DNA of 64,000 nucleotides from Octopus sinensis (taxonomy: Eukaryota), in contig NC_042999.1 of the NCBI RefSeq assembly GCF_006345805.1, forward strand, positions 119,660,001 through 119,724,000. The letters are read 5' to 3'. This document shows, piece after piece, positions 1 through 11,850 of the stretch. The notes beneath the pieces were generated by a model. The model worked only from the letters and a program-made list of their open reading frames with translations, was not told where the DNA came from and searched no databases. Numbering within the stretch: position 1 is the stretch's first letter; the number at the start of each line of letters is the position of its first letter. Position numbers and translations under genes: made by a program.

Positions 1-193
1 ATATGTAATGTAGCAATTTGTAACAATCAATAATTAACGCAACCAAACTTCTATATGTTACTTTTGACAATCTTTTTCCAAAGAGTGAAACCGGTAAAGT
101 AAATAAACATCTTTTAAATTGCATTTTCAAACCTTCTTTCGTATATAATTCCACTCGTGCGGTACCCCACAACTCCACTTTGTTTTATATATA

Positions 194-251
<58 letters not shown>

Positions 252-504
252 ATGTGTGTGTATAAGTATGTCTATATATATATAAGTATGAATGTATATA
301 TATTGATACAGACAGTAGGATGTGTACTCAGTACTTGTAGTAGCGTTTATTTCTTCAATTGGAGCTCATAATTCTCTTTGTCAGAACTCAGAATTACTCA
401 TGATGTCCTTGTGAGCATTCAGACAGCAAATCTATCTTATTATCTGTCTGTCTGTCTGCCTGCCTGCCTGTTTCTGTCTATGTCTCTGTCTGTCTGTCTC
501 TCTG

Positions 505-547
<43 letters not shown>

Positions 548-564
548 TTATTTCTAAGTGTGAG

Positions 565-790
565 TACTCTCTTTACTCTTTTACTCTTTCATTTGGAGCA
601 CAGCCTTTAGTTGAGAAAAACAAACCCCAGGACTTATTCTTTGTAAGCCTAGTACTTATTCCATCGGTCTCTTTTGCTGAACCACTAAGTTACGGGGATA
701 TAAACTCACCAGCATTGGTTGTCAAGCGATGTTGGGGGGACAAACACAGACACACAAACATATACACACACATATATATATATATATATA
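565..790 (-). mobile_element. tRNA-derived SINE, family A, 3' half
   Basis: Block ggacttattctttgtaagcctagtacttatt...aagttacgggg recurs at 15050-15130, 36710-36750 and in diverged form at 53780-53880. Ends in (TACTCT/TTTAC)-type tail repeats. Confidence 0.75.
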
Positions 791-1020
791 TAACGGGAAG
801 GTTTACAAAAATAAATAAAGACGAAGGCAGGTGGAGTACAAACAAACAATGTATTAATATGGTGCTCAGGAATAGAAATAGAACAAGTCTTTTACGTTTT
901 GAGCCTACGCTCTTCGACAGAAAGATACACAAAAAAAAACAAGGAGAGAAAAAAAATGCCTGTAGGAGTTAACGATCTATCATGGCGTCCTGACCTATAT
1001 ATATATATATATATATATAT

Positions 1021-1410
1021 CATCATCATCATCATCATCATTTAACGTCCGTTCTCCATGCTAGCATGGGTTGGACGGTTCGACCGGGGATCTGGGAAGC
1101 CAGAAGGCTGCACCAGGCTCCAGTCTTGTCTGGCAATGTTTCTACAGCTGGATGCCCTTCCTAACGCCAACCACTCGGTGAGTGTGGTGGGTGCTTTTTA
1201 CGTGCCACCTGCACAGGTGCCAGGCGAGGCTGGCAACGGCCACGGTCGGATTGGTGTATTTTATGTGCCACCAGCACGGAAGCCAGTCGAGGCGGTGCTG
1301 GCATCGGCCATGAGTCGGATAGTGCTTTTTACGTACCACCAGACCAGGGATCCTGGCTGGTTCAATTCGATTTCGATTTCACTTGCCCCAACATGTCTTC
1401 ACAAGCAAAG
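1021..1410 (-). mobile_element. SINE with V-domain-like central region and (ATG)n tail
   Basis: 1040-1150 is the reverse complement of 7508-7645. The minus strand contains ggttggcgttaggaagggcatccagctgtagaaac, which resembles the V-SINE domain (family assignment from memory). Confidence 0.6.
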
Positions 1411-1439
1411 GGGGTTGGCATATATATATATATATAAAC

Positions 1440-1612
1440 ATATATACGATGGCCTTCTTTCAATTTCCGTCTACGAAATCCACTCACAAAGCTTTGGTCG
1501 GCCTGAGACTATAGTAGAAGACACTTGCCCAAGATACCATGCAGTGGGACTGAACCCAGAATGATGTGGTTGGTAAGCAAGTTACTTACCACACAGCCAC
1601 TCCTGCACCTAT
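1440..1612 (-). mobile_element. tRNA-derived SINE, family A, 5' head
   Basis: Minus strand has A-box-like tggctgtgtgg and B-box-like ggttcagtccc, followed by cttgggcaagtgtcttctactatag. Homologous copies at 37275-37443 and 53960-54125. Confidence 0.75.
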
Positions 1613-1959
1613 GTGTGTATGTATTTCATACAATATTTTCTCTGCATTTTTTAAAAATTATTTTTAATCAATAACTATTTGATTATTTATTTTTTTGTTT
1701 ACTTTTTTTTTATGAAATGTCAGAAAAACTGCGGATAATAAAGTGTTCCTGTTGCATTTTAATACATTTTAGGATCTGCAGAGGAGTTAAATTTCATCTT
1801 TTATTTTAATATTTGAAATGTTTAACATTTAATTTCATTTGGATCAAAACTTAATAATCTGAACAGAATCTAATGACAATGGATTTCCTTTATGTCACAT
1901 GGTACTTTGACCCTATTAGGGAAACAGTTGATATGTTGAAATTATCACCCTTACTCTTT

Positions 1960-2820
1960 TTCTCTCTCTTCTCATCAATTTCCGCTTTTTTTTATCACCA
2001 ATATTTTTTTCCTTTCTAAATCTTTAATTCTTCTTCACCCACTCCTCATGCATTGTTTTTGCCCACTTTCCTCTTTTACTACAACCTCTCCCTCTCTCTC
2101 TCCACCTCCCTTTCTTTCTTTCTCTCTCAGTCGCTCTCTCTCTTTCTCTCCCCCTCTCTCTCTCTGCTAATTTTTTGTAGCTCAGTTTCTTGTTATTTAT
2201 TCATCACCTCCTTTCTATAATCTACGTATTCTCTTTATTTTCTTTCACTTTTTCCCTTACATCTGGCTCTCCCTTACTTTCTTCCTCTCCCTGCCTATCT
2301 CTCTTCCCCCTTCTCTCTCGTTCTACCAACTTTTTGTTGCTCTGTCATTTTTCTATAAATCTATGATTACCTCTCTATAAATATATTCCTTACTTTTTTC
2401 CTCTTTTCCAATCATTTTCTCTTGCCCTCTTTCTCACTTTTATGTTCTATCTCTATCTCCCTCTCTTTTTCTCTCTCTTTCATGTTCCCTCTCTCTTTCA
2501 TGTTCCCTCTCTCTTTTTCTCTCTTTCATATTTTGTCTCTCCCTTTCTCTTTCTCTGTCTCTCTCTCATATTCTTTCTCCCCTCCTCTCTCTCCCTCTCA
2601 CTCTTTCATATTCTATCTCTCTCCCCCTCTCTCGCCATCATATTCTAGTCCCTCTTTCTCTTGTTGATTTATTTCATCTATTTCAACTCTTTCCCTCTTA
2701 TCCTCCCACTGTTTTTTTCTTGTCATACATTCCCAGTTCTCTTTGTCTCTCTACTTCTCTATTTCTTCCTCTATTACTCTTGCCATCGAATTTGCATATT
2801 CTCCCTCTCCTTTTCTCCTC
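1960..2820. repeat. Long polypyrimidine (CT-rich) low-complexity tract
   Basis: Direct inspection: predominantly C/T on the + strand. Similar tracts at 3300-3800 and 4180-4740 include (CTTT)n. Confidence 0.9.
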
Positions 2821-2879
2821 TCTCAAAAATACAAGCACGTACGCATACACACAGAAACAGCGTTGGGCAGACTTACATA

Positions 2880-3062
2880 AATACATACACGTACACACAC
2901 ACACATATACATATACATACATATATATATACACACTCACACACACACACACATATATATATGCATACATACACATATATATATCCAGATACACACACAC
3001 ATACATATACACACTCACACATATATACATACATACATATATATATATGCATATACATATAT

Positions 3063-3142
<80 letters not shown>

Positions 3143-3236
3143 TATATATATGCATATACATATATACACACACACATATACATATACATACATATATATA
3201 TATGCATACATACACATATATATATATATATATATA

Positions 3237-3286
<50 letters not shown>

Positions 3287-3290
3287 TTTA
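2880..3290. repeat. Compound (TA)n/(CA)n microsatellite
   Basis: Direct inspection. Source of the spurious YI/HT-repeat ORFs 2661-3418. Confidence 0.95.
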
Positions 3291-3814
3291 ATGCATCTAG
3301 ACACTCTCTCTCCATTTATTCTCTATTATATTCTCATATTCCCTTCTGCTCTCTTTTTTTTTTAATTGCTTCTCTATTCTTCTCGCGTATTCTGAATCCC
3401 CTCAGTCTCCCTCTTTAAGTCTCTTCCACTTTTGGATCTTTAAACGTTTATTCTCCAATATCTGATCCACCAACACCACCACCACCACCACCACCACCAC
3501 CTCCTCATCTCATTCTCTCATCACCCTTTCAATCAACTACTCAAAACCACCCCTCTCACCTCTCATCTTTTCCTTTGTCTTTATCCAATTCTTCTGTCTT
3601 TGATCTGTCTTAATTTCTACCTTATTTTTTCCCCTTTAATTTATTGGCACTTGATCATTCAACTCCTTTTTTCTGTCTCTTTCTCTCCCTCTCACTCGCT
3701 CCCATTCTCTCTCTCTCTCTCTCTTACTCTTACTCATTGTCTTCCCTGCTTTCTCTTTCTTTCTCTCTCTTCTCTACCACTCTATCTTTCAACTTTTATC
3801 ACATCAAGTCAAAG

Positions 3815-4015
3815 TGAGAACCTCTACATGGTCACTGAACCTGCAAGAAATAGCAGCCAAATATCCCTAAACTCATTCACCTCATCATCTTAAAATACAG
3901 AAGAATACACAAGATGAGTACTTCATAATATACATACACAATAATGAGAGGCTCCAGGCTATAACACTTGATCATAGGAGTGTGCCATAAGAGTTAACCA
4001 GGGGCTGAATAACAA
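3815..4015 (-). repeat. Unclassified interspersed repeat; second diverged copy at about 38120-38320 (+)
   Basis: Minus strand atttggctgctatttcttgcagg...gaccatgtagagg matches + strand 38268-38310 attttcgctgctatatctagc...gatcacatagg. Both have an upstream (t)gatcaa motif. Confidence 0.45.
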
Positions 4016-4198
4016 CAAATCCTTTAATCTGTTTTCCCATTTTTCTATATCTTTCTCATTATAAGCTGCTCACTTTCTTTCTTCCAAAACTATCCTAGGT
4101 CTTTTCCATCATCATCAATCTACAGCTCATTTCGCCACTGCCTTACATTCATTCTCATTTCATTCTTTATAAATTTTCCTTTTCTGATATCTCTTTCA

Positions 4199-4239
<41 letters not shown>

Positions 4240-4476
4240 GCTCTCCCTCTGTTTTAATTTCCCTTTTTATTTATCACTTTTTTATCAATTTTAAGCATTA
4301 ATCATTTTTTCTTCTTTTTCTTTCATTCATTCTGTCAGTTAATTTCTTGCTCTTTTCTTTCTCTGTCTTCTTCTTTCACCTTTTTCTCTTATCATTTTGC
4401 TTTTATTTCATCTTTCCCTGCTTCCTTCTTTCTCTCCTATTAATTGCTCCATTGCATCATTCTCTCCCCTCCCATC

Positions 4477-4507
<31 letters not shown>

Positions 4508-5592
4508 GTCTTTCTTTCTTTCTTTCTTTCTCTCTCTGTGTCTGTCTGCCTCTCTCTCTCTCACCACCTAACTTGTGTTTCTCTATCACTTCTGCTTCTT
4601 TTCCTTCTAAATTTCTCATCGCTCCCCACTCTCATGCCTTTTCACTCATGCACGCATATTCACTAGCTCTCTCACTCTCTCTCTTTCTCTCTTTGTCTCT
4701 CACCTCCACCCCTCTCTGTCTACATTCCAGTTCTTTCTAGTGTAAAATATTCATATTGGATTCTAATTGCAAATTTATGTTCACAACTAAACCTTACTGG
4801 AGTAGAACTGAATAAATAATATGAGAATGTTATTTATTAAAAATAAAAACAAAAAAAAAAAACAAAAGCTAAAAGCCAAAAAAAAAAATGACAGGAACAA
4901 AACCAAAACAGAGGAAATATCAAGAAACAGGAAAGAATCTGCAACAGATAAACAAAAATAACACAAACCATACATGCAAGATTAATTTTCAATTGTTGTG
5001 AAGAGTAAAATTAATCTGCTTCCATGAAACACAAGGTTCATTTGCCAAAAAGTTGAATTCACATTGTGAAATAACAAACTAGATTTTTATGTCATGCAAC
5101 ACAAGAGTAAAAATGAATATCTGAATTGAATATGAGATCTTTCTTGTAAGGGAAATTAACCTAATTATTGACTGAATTGATAACAGCATATTACTGGTAT
5201 ATTGTCGATTGAACAAAGAGTAATAAAAAGTAAAGAGAAGTTACTGTTTATTCATCTTTGAACTAAAACAACAAGAACTGGAAGAATGCTGTAAGAATAG
5301 ACAGCTATACACTCTTTGCCATGGGTTAGATTACAGCATAATACAGCTGTTATAAAGCAATGCAAGTAATGGAGATTAAGTGTATTAATTTCATTCATGT
5401 TTTTAATATGGCATGGATCAAAAGATTAGGGTAGATGCTCATAAATTACTTGCCTAGATTTAGGAGTTTGGAAAAATTATGAAAATAAAAAGAAAGCTTG
5501 AAGAAATGTAATGAACTGATTTCTTTGTTTGTGTACATGTATGTGTGTGTGTGTGTGTGTGTATGACAGATGTGAAAGAGAGAGAGAAAGAA

Positions 5593-5635
<43 letters not shown>

Positions 5636-6192
5636 CATGTTTGAAAGAAGATAAACTGATTCTTTTGTTTCACATCAGAAGTGTGAGTCAATGTTCATCA
5701 TTTTATTCTTTACTTTGCAAAAAAGTAAAAAAAAAATTATTTTTAACAATTTGATCAATCTTATTATTTGGATAAACAGAAGCCAATGCGTTTCATGTTA
5801 ATAGAATGCTGGCCCATGATCTGAAGAATTGTTGATTCATATTCTAATCGCTGGAACAACTACACTGAAATCCTTAGCAATGGTGCTACAAAAACTCTAT
5901 TATCTTTTTCACTTTACCAAGTTTACATATAAATCTTGCATATGTGCTGTATGGATATGCATGCATTTATGTGTAGTGCTTTTTGGTTTGGCATAAGAAA
6001 GATGGAGAGAGAAAGGTGCAGCCTAGTAAGGCATAATTGTTTGCCTTGCTATTTTATGCACACTTACCCAAGGTATATATTTAAGGGAAATAATGGCTCT
6101 TCCTAAGAGTTTTATAATTAATATGAATTACAAAGAAAGTAAAGGGTAAAGTCAAGTTAAAAAAGATAAATCATGTTATTATTATTATCATT

Positions 6193-6400
6193 AAGTAAGC
6201 AAGTTGGCCGAGTCGTTAGCACACTAAGTGAAATGCTTAATGGCATTTCATCTGTTGTTATGTTCTGAGTTCAAATTCTGCTGAGGTTGACTTTGCCATT
6301 CCTCCTTTAGGGGCTGATAAAATAACGGCTAGTTGAGTACTGGAGTTGACTTATCTCTTTCCCCCATATTTCAGGCCTTGTGCCTGTAATAGAAAGGGTT
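6193..6400 (+). mobile_element. tRNA-derived SINE, family B (MetaSINE-like central domain)
   Basis: B-box gagttcaaattc followed by gactttgcc..tcctt..gggg..gataaaataa..accagt. About 13 copies in the window. Confidence 0.75.
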
Positions 6401-6549
6401 ATTTTTATTCTAATTATTGAGGCTTAAGACCATATCACACTGAATTCACCAGTTCTCCTCTGATCACTAAAGTTAAGTTATGTTGAGCCTAGTTAATACT
6501 TAGATGGGTGATCACTTGAGAAACCTAGATGCTGTAAGTATCTCACTTT

Positions 6550-6770
6550 GAGGTGGTGAGTTGGCCAAATTGTTACCATGCTGGGCAAAATGCTTAGCAG
6601 TATTTTACCTATCTTTATCTTCTGAGTTCAAATTCCGCCAAGTTCAACTTTGCTTTTCATCCTTTCGGGGTTGTTAAAATAAGTACCAGTTAAGCACTGG
6701 GGGGGGGGGGTCGATGTAATCGACTTACACCTACCCCAAACTGCTGGCCTTGTGCCAAAATTTGAAGCCA
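6550..6770 (+). mobile_element. SINE family B copy
   Basis: ggtggtgagttggccaaattgttacc...ctgagttcaaattccgcc...cctttcggggttgttaaaataagtaccag, ending in an ATT-like tail. Confidence 0.75.
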
Positions 6771-6782
6771 TTATCATTATTA

Positions 6783-7230
6783 TTGAGTAAGCGGGCAGCA
6801 CACACCATCAAAGTGATGCTGGGGTATAAATATATGAAGCCCAACCTGTCTGATAAGGGTACACAGGTACATGCATCATAACCATATGTGCATGACATGG
6901 TGACCTCATATCAAGATAAATAGTGCATGACATTACAGATGGGGGTTACTTAAAATTTTCTGCAGGTCAAGTAGCCCGTTCCAGTCAAAAGGTCCTTAAA
7001 TAAGAGTTGTTTAAGGATGATGAATGAAACACCCATGTTTCCAAAGGGAAAACATCCAAACCCCCAAAATCCCTCTCAACACATGATTATGATACTCCTT
7101 CATTATTCTTGCTCATGATCAGAGATGCACGCAGCATCAATCACTAAGGGTTATGCTCAACTTGTTGCGGTCAAGTAACTGAGGAGAAAATCTGTCATAT
7201 TAAGCAGAATATTTGTTGTAGCCCAGCTTC
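6783..7230 (-). mobile_element. Unclassified ~540-bp non-coding interspersed element, copy 1
   Basis: Colinear with 8993-9535, 21778-22065 and 29770-30248 (e.g. ctgataagggtacac, gttgtttaagg, gcagaatatttg). Minus-strand assignment is inferred from the (AAT)n tail. Confidence 0.7.
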
Positions 7231-7247
7231 CCCTTCTTCATATTATT

Positions 7248-7460
7248 AAGGTGGTGAGCTAGCAGAATTGTTAGCATGTCAAACAAAATGCTTAGTGGCA
7301 TTTTGTCAGTCTTCACATTCTGAGTTCAAATGCTGCCAGGGTCAACTTTGCCTTTCATCCTTTCAGGATCAATAAAAGAAGTACCAGTTAAGCACTGGGG
7401 TTGATTTAATCAACTTAACCCCTCCCTAAACTTGCTGACCTTATGCCAAAATTTGAAATT
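7248..7460 (+). mobile_element. SINE family B copy
   Basis: aaggtggtgagctagcagaattgttag...ctgagttcaaatgc...catcctttcagg...aagtaccag, followed by (ATT)n. Confidence 0.75.
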
Positions 7461-7507
7461 ATTATTATTATTATTATTATATTATTATTATTATTATTAT
7501 TATTATT

Positions 7508-7645
7508 AAGGGCATCCAGCTGTAGAAACACTGCCAGATCTGACTGGCCTGGTGCAGCCTTCGGGCTTGCCAGACCCCAGTTGAACCGTCCAACCCATGC
7601 TAGCATGGAAAGCGGACGTTAAACGATGATGATGATGATGATGAT
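7508..7645 (+). mobile_element. 3' end of V-domain-like SINE with (GAT)n tail
   Basis: gggcatccagctgtagaaac...ccatgctagcatggaaagcggacgttaaacgatgatgat; inverted homolog at 1021-1150. Confidence 0.65.
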
Positions 7646-7658
7646 TATTATTATTATT

Positions 7659-7752
<94 letters not shown>

Positions 7753-7799
7753 TATTATTATTATCATCATCATTATCATCATTATTATTATTATTATTG

Positions 7800-8245
7800 T
7801 TATACATTTGACTTTTGCTTTGTATTGACCTGGTAGTTTCTTGTAGGTAGGCATTGATCTTGGGCTGCTATAATAAACCCTTCTGTTCTTGATTTTGAGC
7901 CAGAAGCCACTAACCATTGATGGGTAAGGGCTTTGTCAACATTGGCATTATTAGCTTGCTTTGGGTATTTGTCATTGAGAGGTTTTTCTTGCCATTTATC
8001 AGTAAGAATGTCTAAAGCAGCAGTTTTAGCATGGGTTTTCATACACTTAGCTTTTTCTGTGCTTGTTTCTAGTACATCTAATTCTGGAATTTGTTGTATT
8101 TAGAATTCATTTAGATACTCTTTTGCCTGTTTTGTTACTGAGAATGATGCTTTATTCTTTTTATGTATTGAGACAAGTCTTAACATCCAGTCATCAGAGT
8201 TTTTCAGGTAGGTATCTAGGCCAATTATGGCAATCTTCATAGTAT
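7800..8245 (-). mobile_element. R4/Dong-type non-LTR retrotransposon fragment A (between RT and zinc knuckle)
   Basis: ORF 7800-8042 includes WQEKPLNDKY...THQWLVASGSKSRTEGFIIAAQDQCLPTRNY, typical of REL-endonuclease LINEs. Flanked by (ATT)n on both sides. Confidence 0.75.
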
Positions 8246-8269
8246 ATTATTATTATTATTGTTGTGGTT

Positions 8270-8960
8270 GTGGTTGTTGTTGTTTACTTTTAATTTACAT
8301 CTTTGTTACAACCACTTGCAGAGACACACCCAGCATCCTAAGGTGAGTGAGGGATAAGAGATGTTACAGTATAACTGAAAACTTGTTGAGGGAAAGTGGT
8401 AAGGACAGTAGCAAAATATCTTCATGTAATGCAATACAGACATTTAAATTGATAAGGTTTTTCTAAGGATATGGGCAGTACTTGTCAGCACAATCTTTTG
8501 GATTTCTCTAAGACATAGCTCTCCTGGAGTGTTGTCTAGATGTTTCTGACATCCCTTTTTTATCATTTCTAGGGCACCTACAATAACAGGAACAGTTCTT
8601 GCTTTAAGATGCCACATCTTTTGTATTCTAATTTCCAGATCCTTATATTTACTTAATTTGTTAAATTCCTTCACAAATTTATTTTTATCAATGGTACCAC
8701 TTACATCTATTAGTCTATAAGTATTTTCTTCCCTGTCTTTAATAACTATGTCTGGTCAATTACCCTGGATCATTCAGTCAGTGTTGACTGGAAAATCTTA
8801 GAGAATAGTGACATTTTTACCTTCAACAACTGGCTCAGGATGATGTTCATACCAGTAAGCAGGAGTGCTGATTTTGTAGCGTTTACATATTTTCCAATGT
8901 AAAAATCTGTCCTACCCTATTGTGGCGATTTTTCTATTCGTTTGGTGTCAGCACAGGATA
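8270..8960 (-). mobile_element. R4/Dong-type 3' fragment B (restriction-like endonuclease and 3' UTR)
   Basis: ORF 8444-8674 KLSKYKDLEIRIQKMWHLKARTVPVIVGAL...TAHILRKTLS; upstream PDIVIKD and ILWDFPVNTD read from sequence. Confidence 0.8.
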
Positions 8961-8992
8961 TCCTGGAATGGGATGGTGTATTATTATCATTA

Positions 8993-9535
8993 TTGAGTGA
9001 GAGAGCAGTGCATACCATCAATGTGACACTTTGATTGCATGCCCAGTATACCCATCATGACTACCTATCTGATAAGGGTACACCAGGCACATGTACCACA
9101 ACCATATGTGCATGACATGGTGACCTTATATCAAGATAAACAGTGCATGACTTTGCAGGTAGAGCCTAGTTAGAATATTCTTCAGGTTGAGTAGCCTATT
9201 CCACTCAAAAGGTCTCTGAATAAGGGTTGTTTAAGGGTGTTGAACGAAATATCAATGTTTCCAGAGTTGAATTATGCAAACCCCAAAGAATTCCTCTTTC
9301 AACATATGGCTATAATGCTCCCCACTATTTCTGCTCATGATCAGAAATGTACATATCGTCAGCAACTGAGAGACATGCTCAAATGGTTAAGGTTAAACAA
9401 CTGACAAGCAAATCAGTGGCATTGAGCAGAATATTTGCTGTAGCCCATCTTTTATAACAAGACATGATAACACTTCCAATTAGTTAAGATCAGAAGCCAT
9501 GAGAGCTAGTGCCTGGTACTGCATCAGGTCATTTA
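8993..9535 (-). mobile_element. Unclassified ~540-bp element, copy 2 (most complete)
   Basis: Runs from ttgagtgagagagcagtgca to gcctggtactgcatcagg; bordered by ATT/ATC-type repeats at both ends. Confidence 0.75.
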
Positions 9536-11183
9536 ATCATCATAATCATCATTAAGCTATCACATACTACTTTACTCAGTAGAAACATTGTCCTGAAGTT
9601 TGATGACAACAAATCTCCTCAAATCTCAAGAATCTCTTTTTAAGAATTCTTGCAGAATACACGAATATATTTTTCTGCAGGTCAGTAATGCATATTTCAA
9701 TTCCAGTATATTTCAGCCTCTTAGGTAGAAGTTTGGGTATTGTGTGGACAACACCACTTACTCCAGGATCAATTGTCATTGTTATGTTCCAAAAACTCTT
9801 CCACTCCCTGGCTAGGTCTACATAATTCTCAGTTTTATTGATTAGTAGCTCCAGTTCACTTAAGCTACTGGAGTTGTGGATATAAACAGACTGGCTACTT
9901 GTTTTTCTGAGACTGTTCAAGTGATGAGGACACATGTGGTGAGAACCTTACTCTATTATTTTATAGTATCGCAGTATCTGATCCTATATTTATTTCCTCC
10001 GCTACATTCATCTGTGGTGTTCTTGCTGTATGGTTAGGCCTCATAAAGAAGTCTCTTAAATTCCTCATTCAGTCTTACAACTTGTAGCTTGTGTCATACC
10101 GCTTTTCTGTCACTTTGAAGCTAACATCTCAATGTACTCTTTTACTGAAACAATCATATCTGCTTTTATACTGATTTTATGCTAGCTTACTGTATTTACT
10201 TAAAAAGTGGTTAATTTATTTATTTCCTTATAGATTCTCTATTTGTTCTCTGATTACTTTTTAGCAATTTTCGTTTTTATCAGGTTCCTTTTAATGGCTT
10301 GTTCTTCAGTGTCTATAATCAGGGATTTAGTTTCCTATTTCCGGTTTCCTCCTATCAACCAAAATCAGCATTCTTGTGGTTGATAGATGGAAACCTGAAA
10401 TCCTCAGTTTGTAGCATGAACTGGTTTTGAAATTTCTTCTCTTTCTAACTACTTTTTCTGTCATTTTCCCTTCTTTTCTTGAATTATTTTACTGTTTCAA
10501 TGACATTTTAGATATTTCTGGTCAGGGTCAATATTTTTCTTCCCTATATACAACAGTTTTTCAAACCTAAAATGACAGTCTTCTTCATTTCACAAAACTC
10601 TGCCTCCTTCCATTTTTGATAGGTAGAACTTTTAGGATGGTGCATAGTATACATTGTTAGCAGCTTTTTAGGTGTTCTATTATATTTCTGTCATTCTGTC
10701 TTAGTCCTATTTAAGAAAGGCATCAAAGTATCTTAATGCTGGTATGGTCCATGTATTCATTGCTTTGATAAAAAAATTTCCCCCATTTACTTTTATTTCA
10801 AGCACCTTCATAATCTTGGAGATTTGGATATTTTCTCTCTCATTTCTCTTGCCATTATCCTATCATCCTACTGTGTCCTTTTGCACTAGTATCCTTCACT
10901 ATTTCACAGTGGTCTAATGACATCATTGCAAGTTGTACTTTCTTTATATCCTAATCTTTTAACTGCCCTTCATAATAAAAACTGCTCACTTATTTACCCC
11001 GAACTGCATTCTAATATCCTTGATAAATATTCTTACTATTTAGATCTGAGAATCCAAGTCTTTTGATTTTTGTGTATAGTTTGAGGTCATCCATATATTG
11101 CAGGTGATTTGTTTTCACTCTGGTTCTAACAAGCTCATAGGCAGGTATGGATTTTCTCTGTTTACTTGTCAGAACGATTAGTG

Positions 11184-11850
11184 CAGTGTTTCTCAACCAT
11201 TGTTTCCTATGGAGCCCATTGATTCCTATTTTACTCAGATGGACCCTCATAGTATCTTAATGTTTAACCCTTTATCATTCAGCTTTCTATGTCAAATATA
11301 ATGCTTATGTATTTACATCATTTTAAATTTCATAGCTTTGAGATTTTGATGACATGAATTTTCATTTTTACAATTACACTATACAGTATGTGTGAAAGGC
11401 CAGATTTGACCAGTTTGAAAATAAAATAGGTAGAATATTTTGGCCAGATATTATATTTTTAGAATGAAAGATTATTAGGAATTGCATAAAAATAATTGTT
11501 AAAATTCTATTGTGTCTGGGGAGAGTCATTTTCTTTTTGTGCCTGATAATTTAACACACTCACTGGTAAAATTTCCACTTCTTTTTTATTTTTACTTTTA
11601 AGTGGAAATTTTACCAGTGAGTGTGTTAAATTATCAGCTACAAAAAGAAAATGATTCTCCCCAGATACAACAGAATATGTTTCAACACACAAACTCACAT
11701 AAAGAATCTTGCAAACCAAATCTAAAAACGAACTTGTTAAAATACTTTGTGTATTGTAGACATATAACCAGTTTATTGCAGATAAGTTTTAGTAACAAAA
11801 TCTTATGTGAACCCCACAAGGGCCATATACACCCCAGTTGAGAACCACTG
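11184..11850. mobile_element. hAT (Charlie-like) MITE
   Basis: TIRs cagtgtttctcaacc (11184-11198) and agttgagaaccactg (11836-11850), 13/15 match. Flanks gattagtg and gattagat form an 8-bp TSD with 6/8 identity; host RT continues on both sides. Confidence 0.75.
11510..11670. repeat. Near-perfect inverted repeat (71-bp arms, 19-nt loop)
   Basis: 11510-11580 versus reverse complement of 11600-11670: 4 mismatches. Explains the duplicated peptide EILPVSVLNYQ in ORFs 11507(-) and 11602(+). Confidence 0.95.

Noticed and set aside
180-3418. Long ORFs rich in YI, HT, CV, SL repeats (also 32603-36897, 48665-51687, 53359-53743, 58313-59141)
   Set aside because: They are translations of di- and trinucleotide microsatellites that lack stops in some frames; no domain content.
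3815-3870. Apparent minus-strand terminal exon after tttcttgcag (FSDHVEVLTLT*)
   Set aside because: The same sequence occurs as a diverged copy at about 38270-38310, so it is part of an interspersed repeat; no partner exons found.
5760-5860. Short open frame RLEYESTILQIMGQHSINMKRIGF on the minus strand
   Set aside because: No recognisable homology, no convincing donor site, too short to support.
11264-11480. piggyBac-like MITE starting ttaa-ccctttatcattcag
   Set aside because: Left end is suggestive but no matching right TIR or TTAA could be identified.
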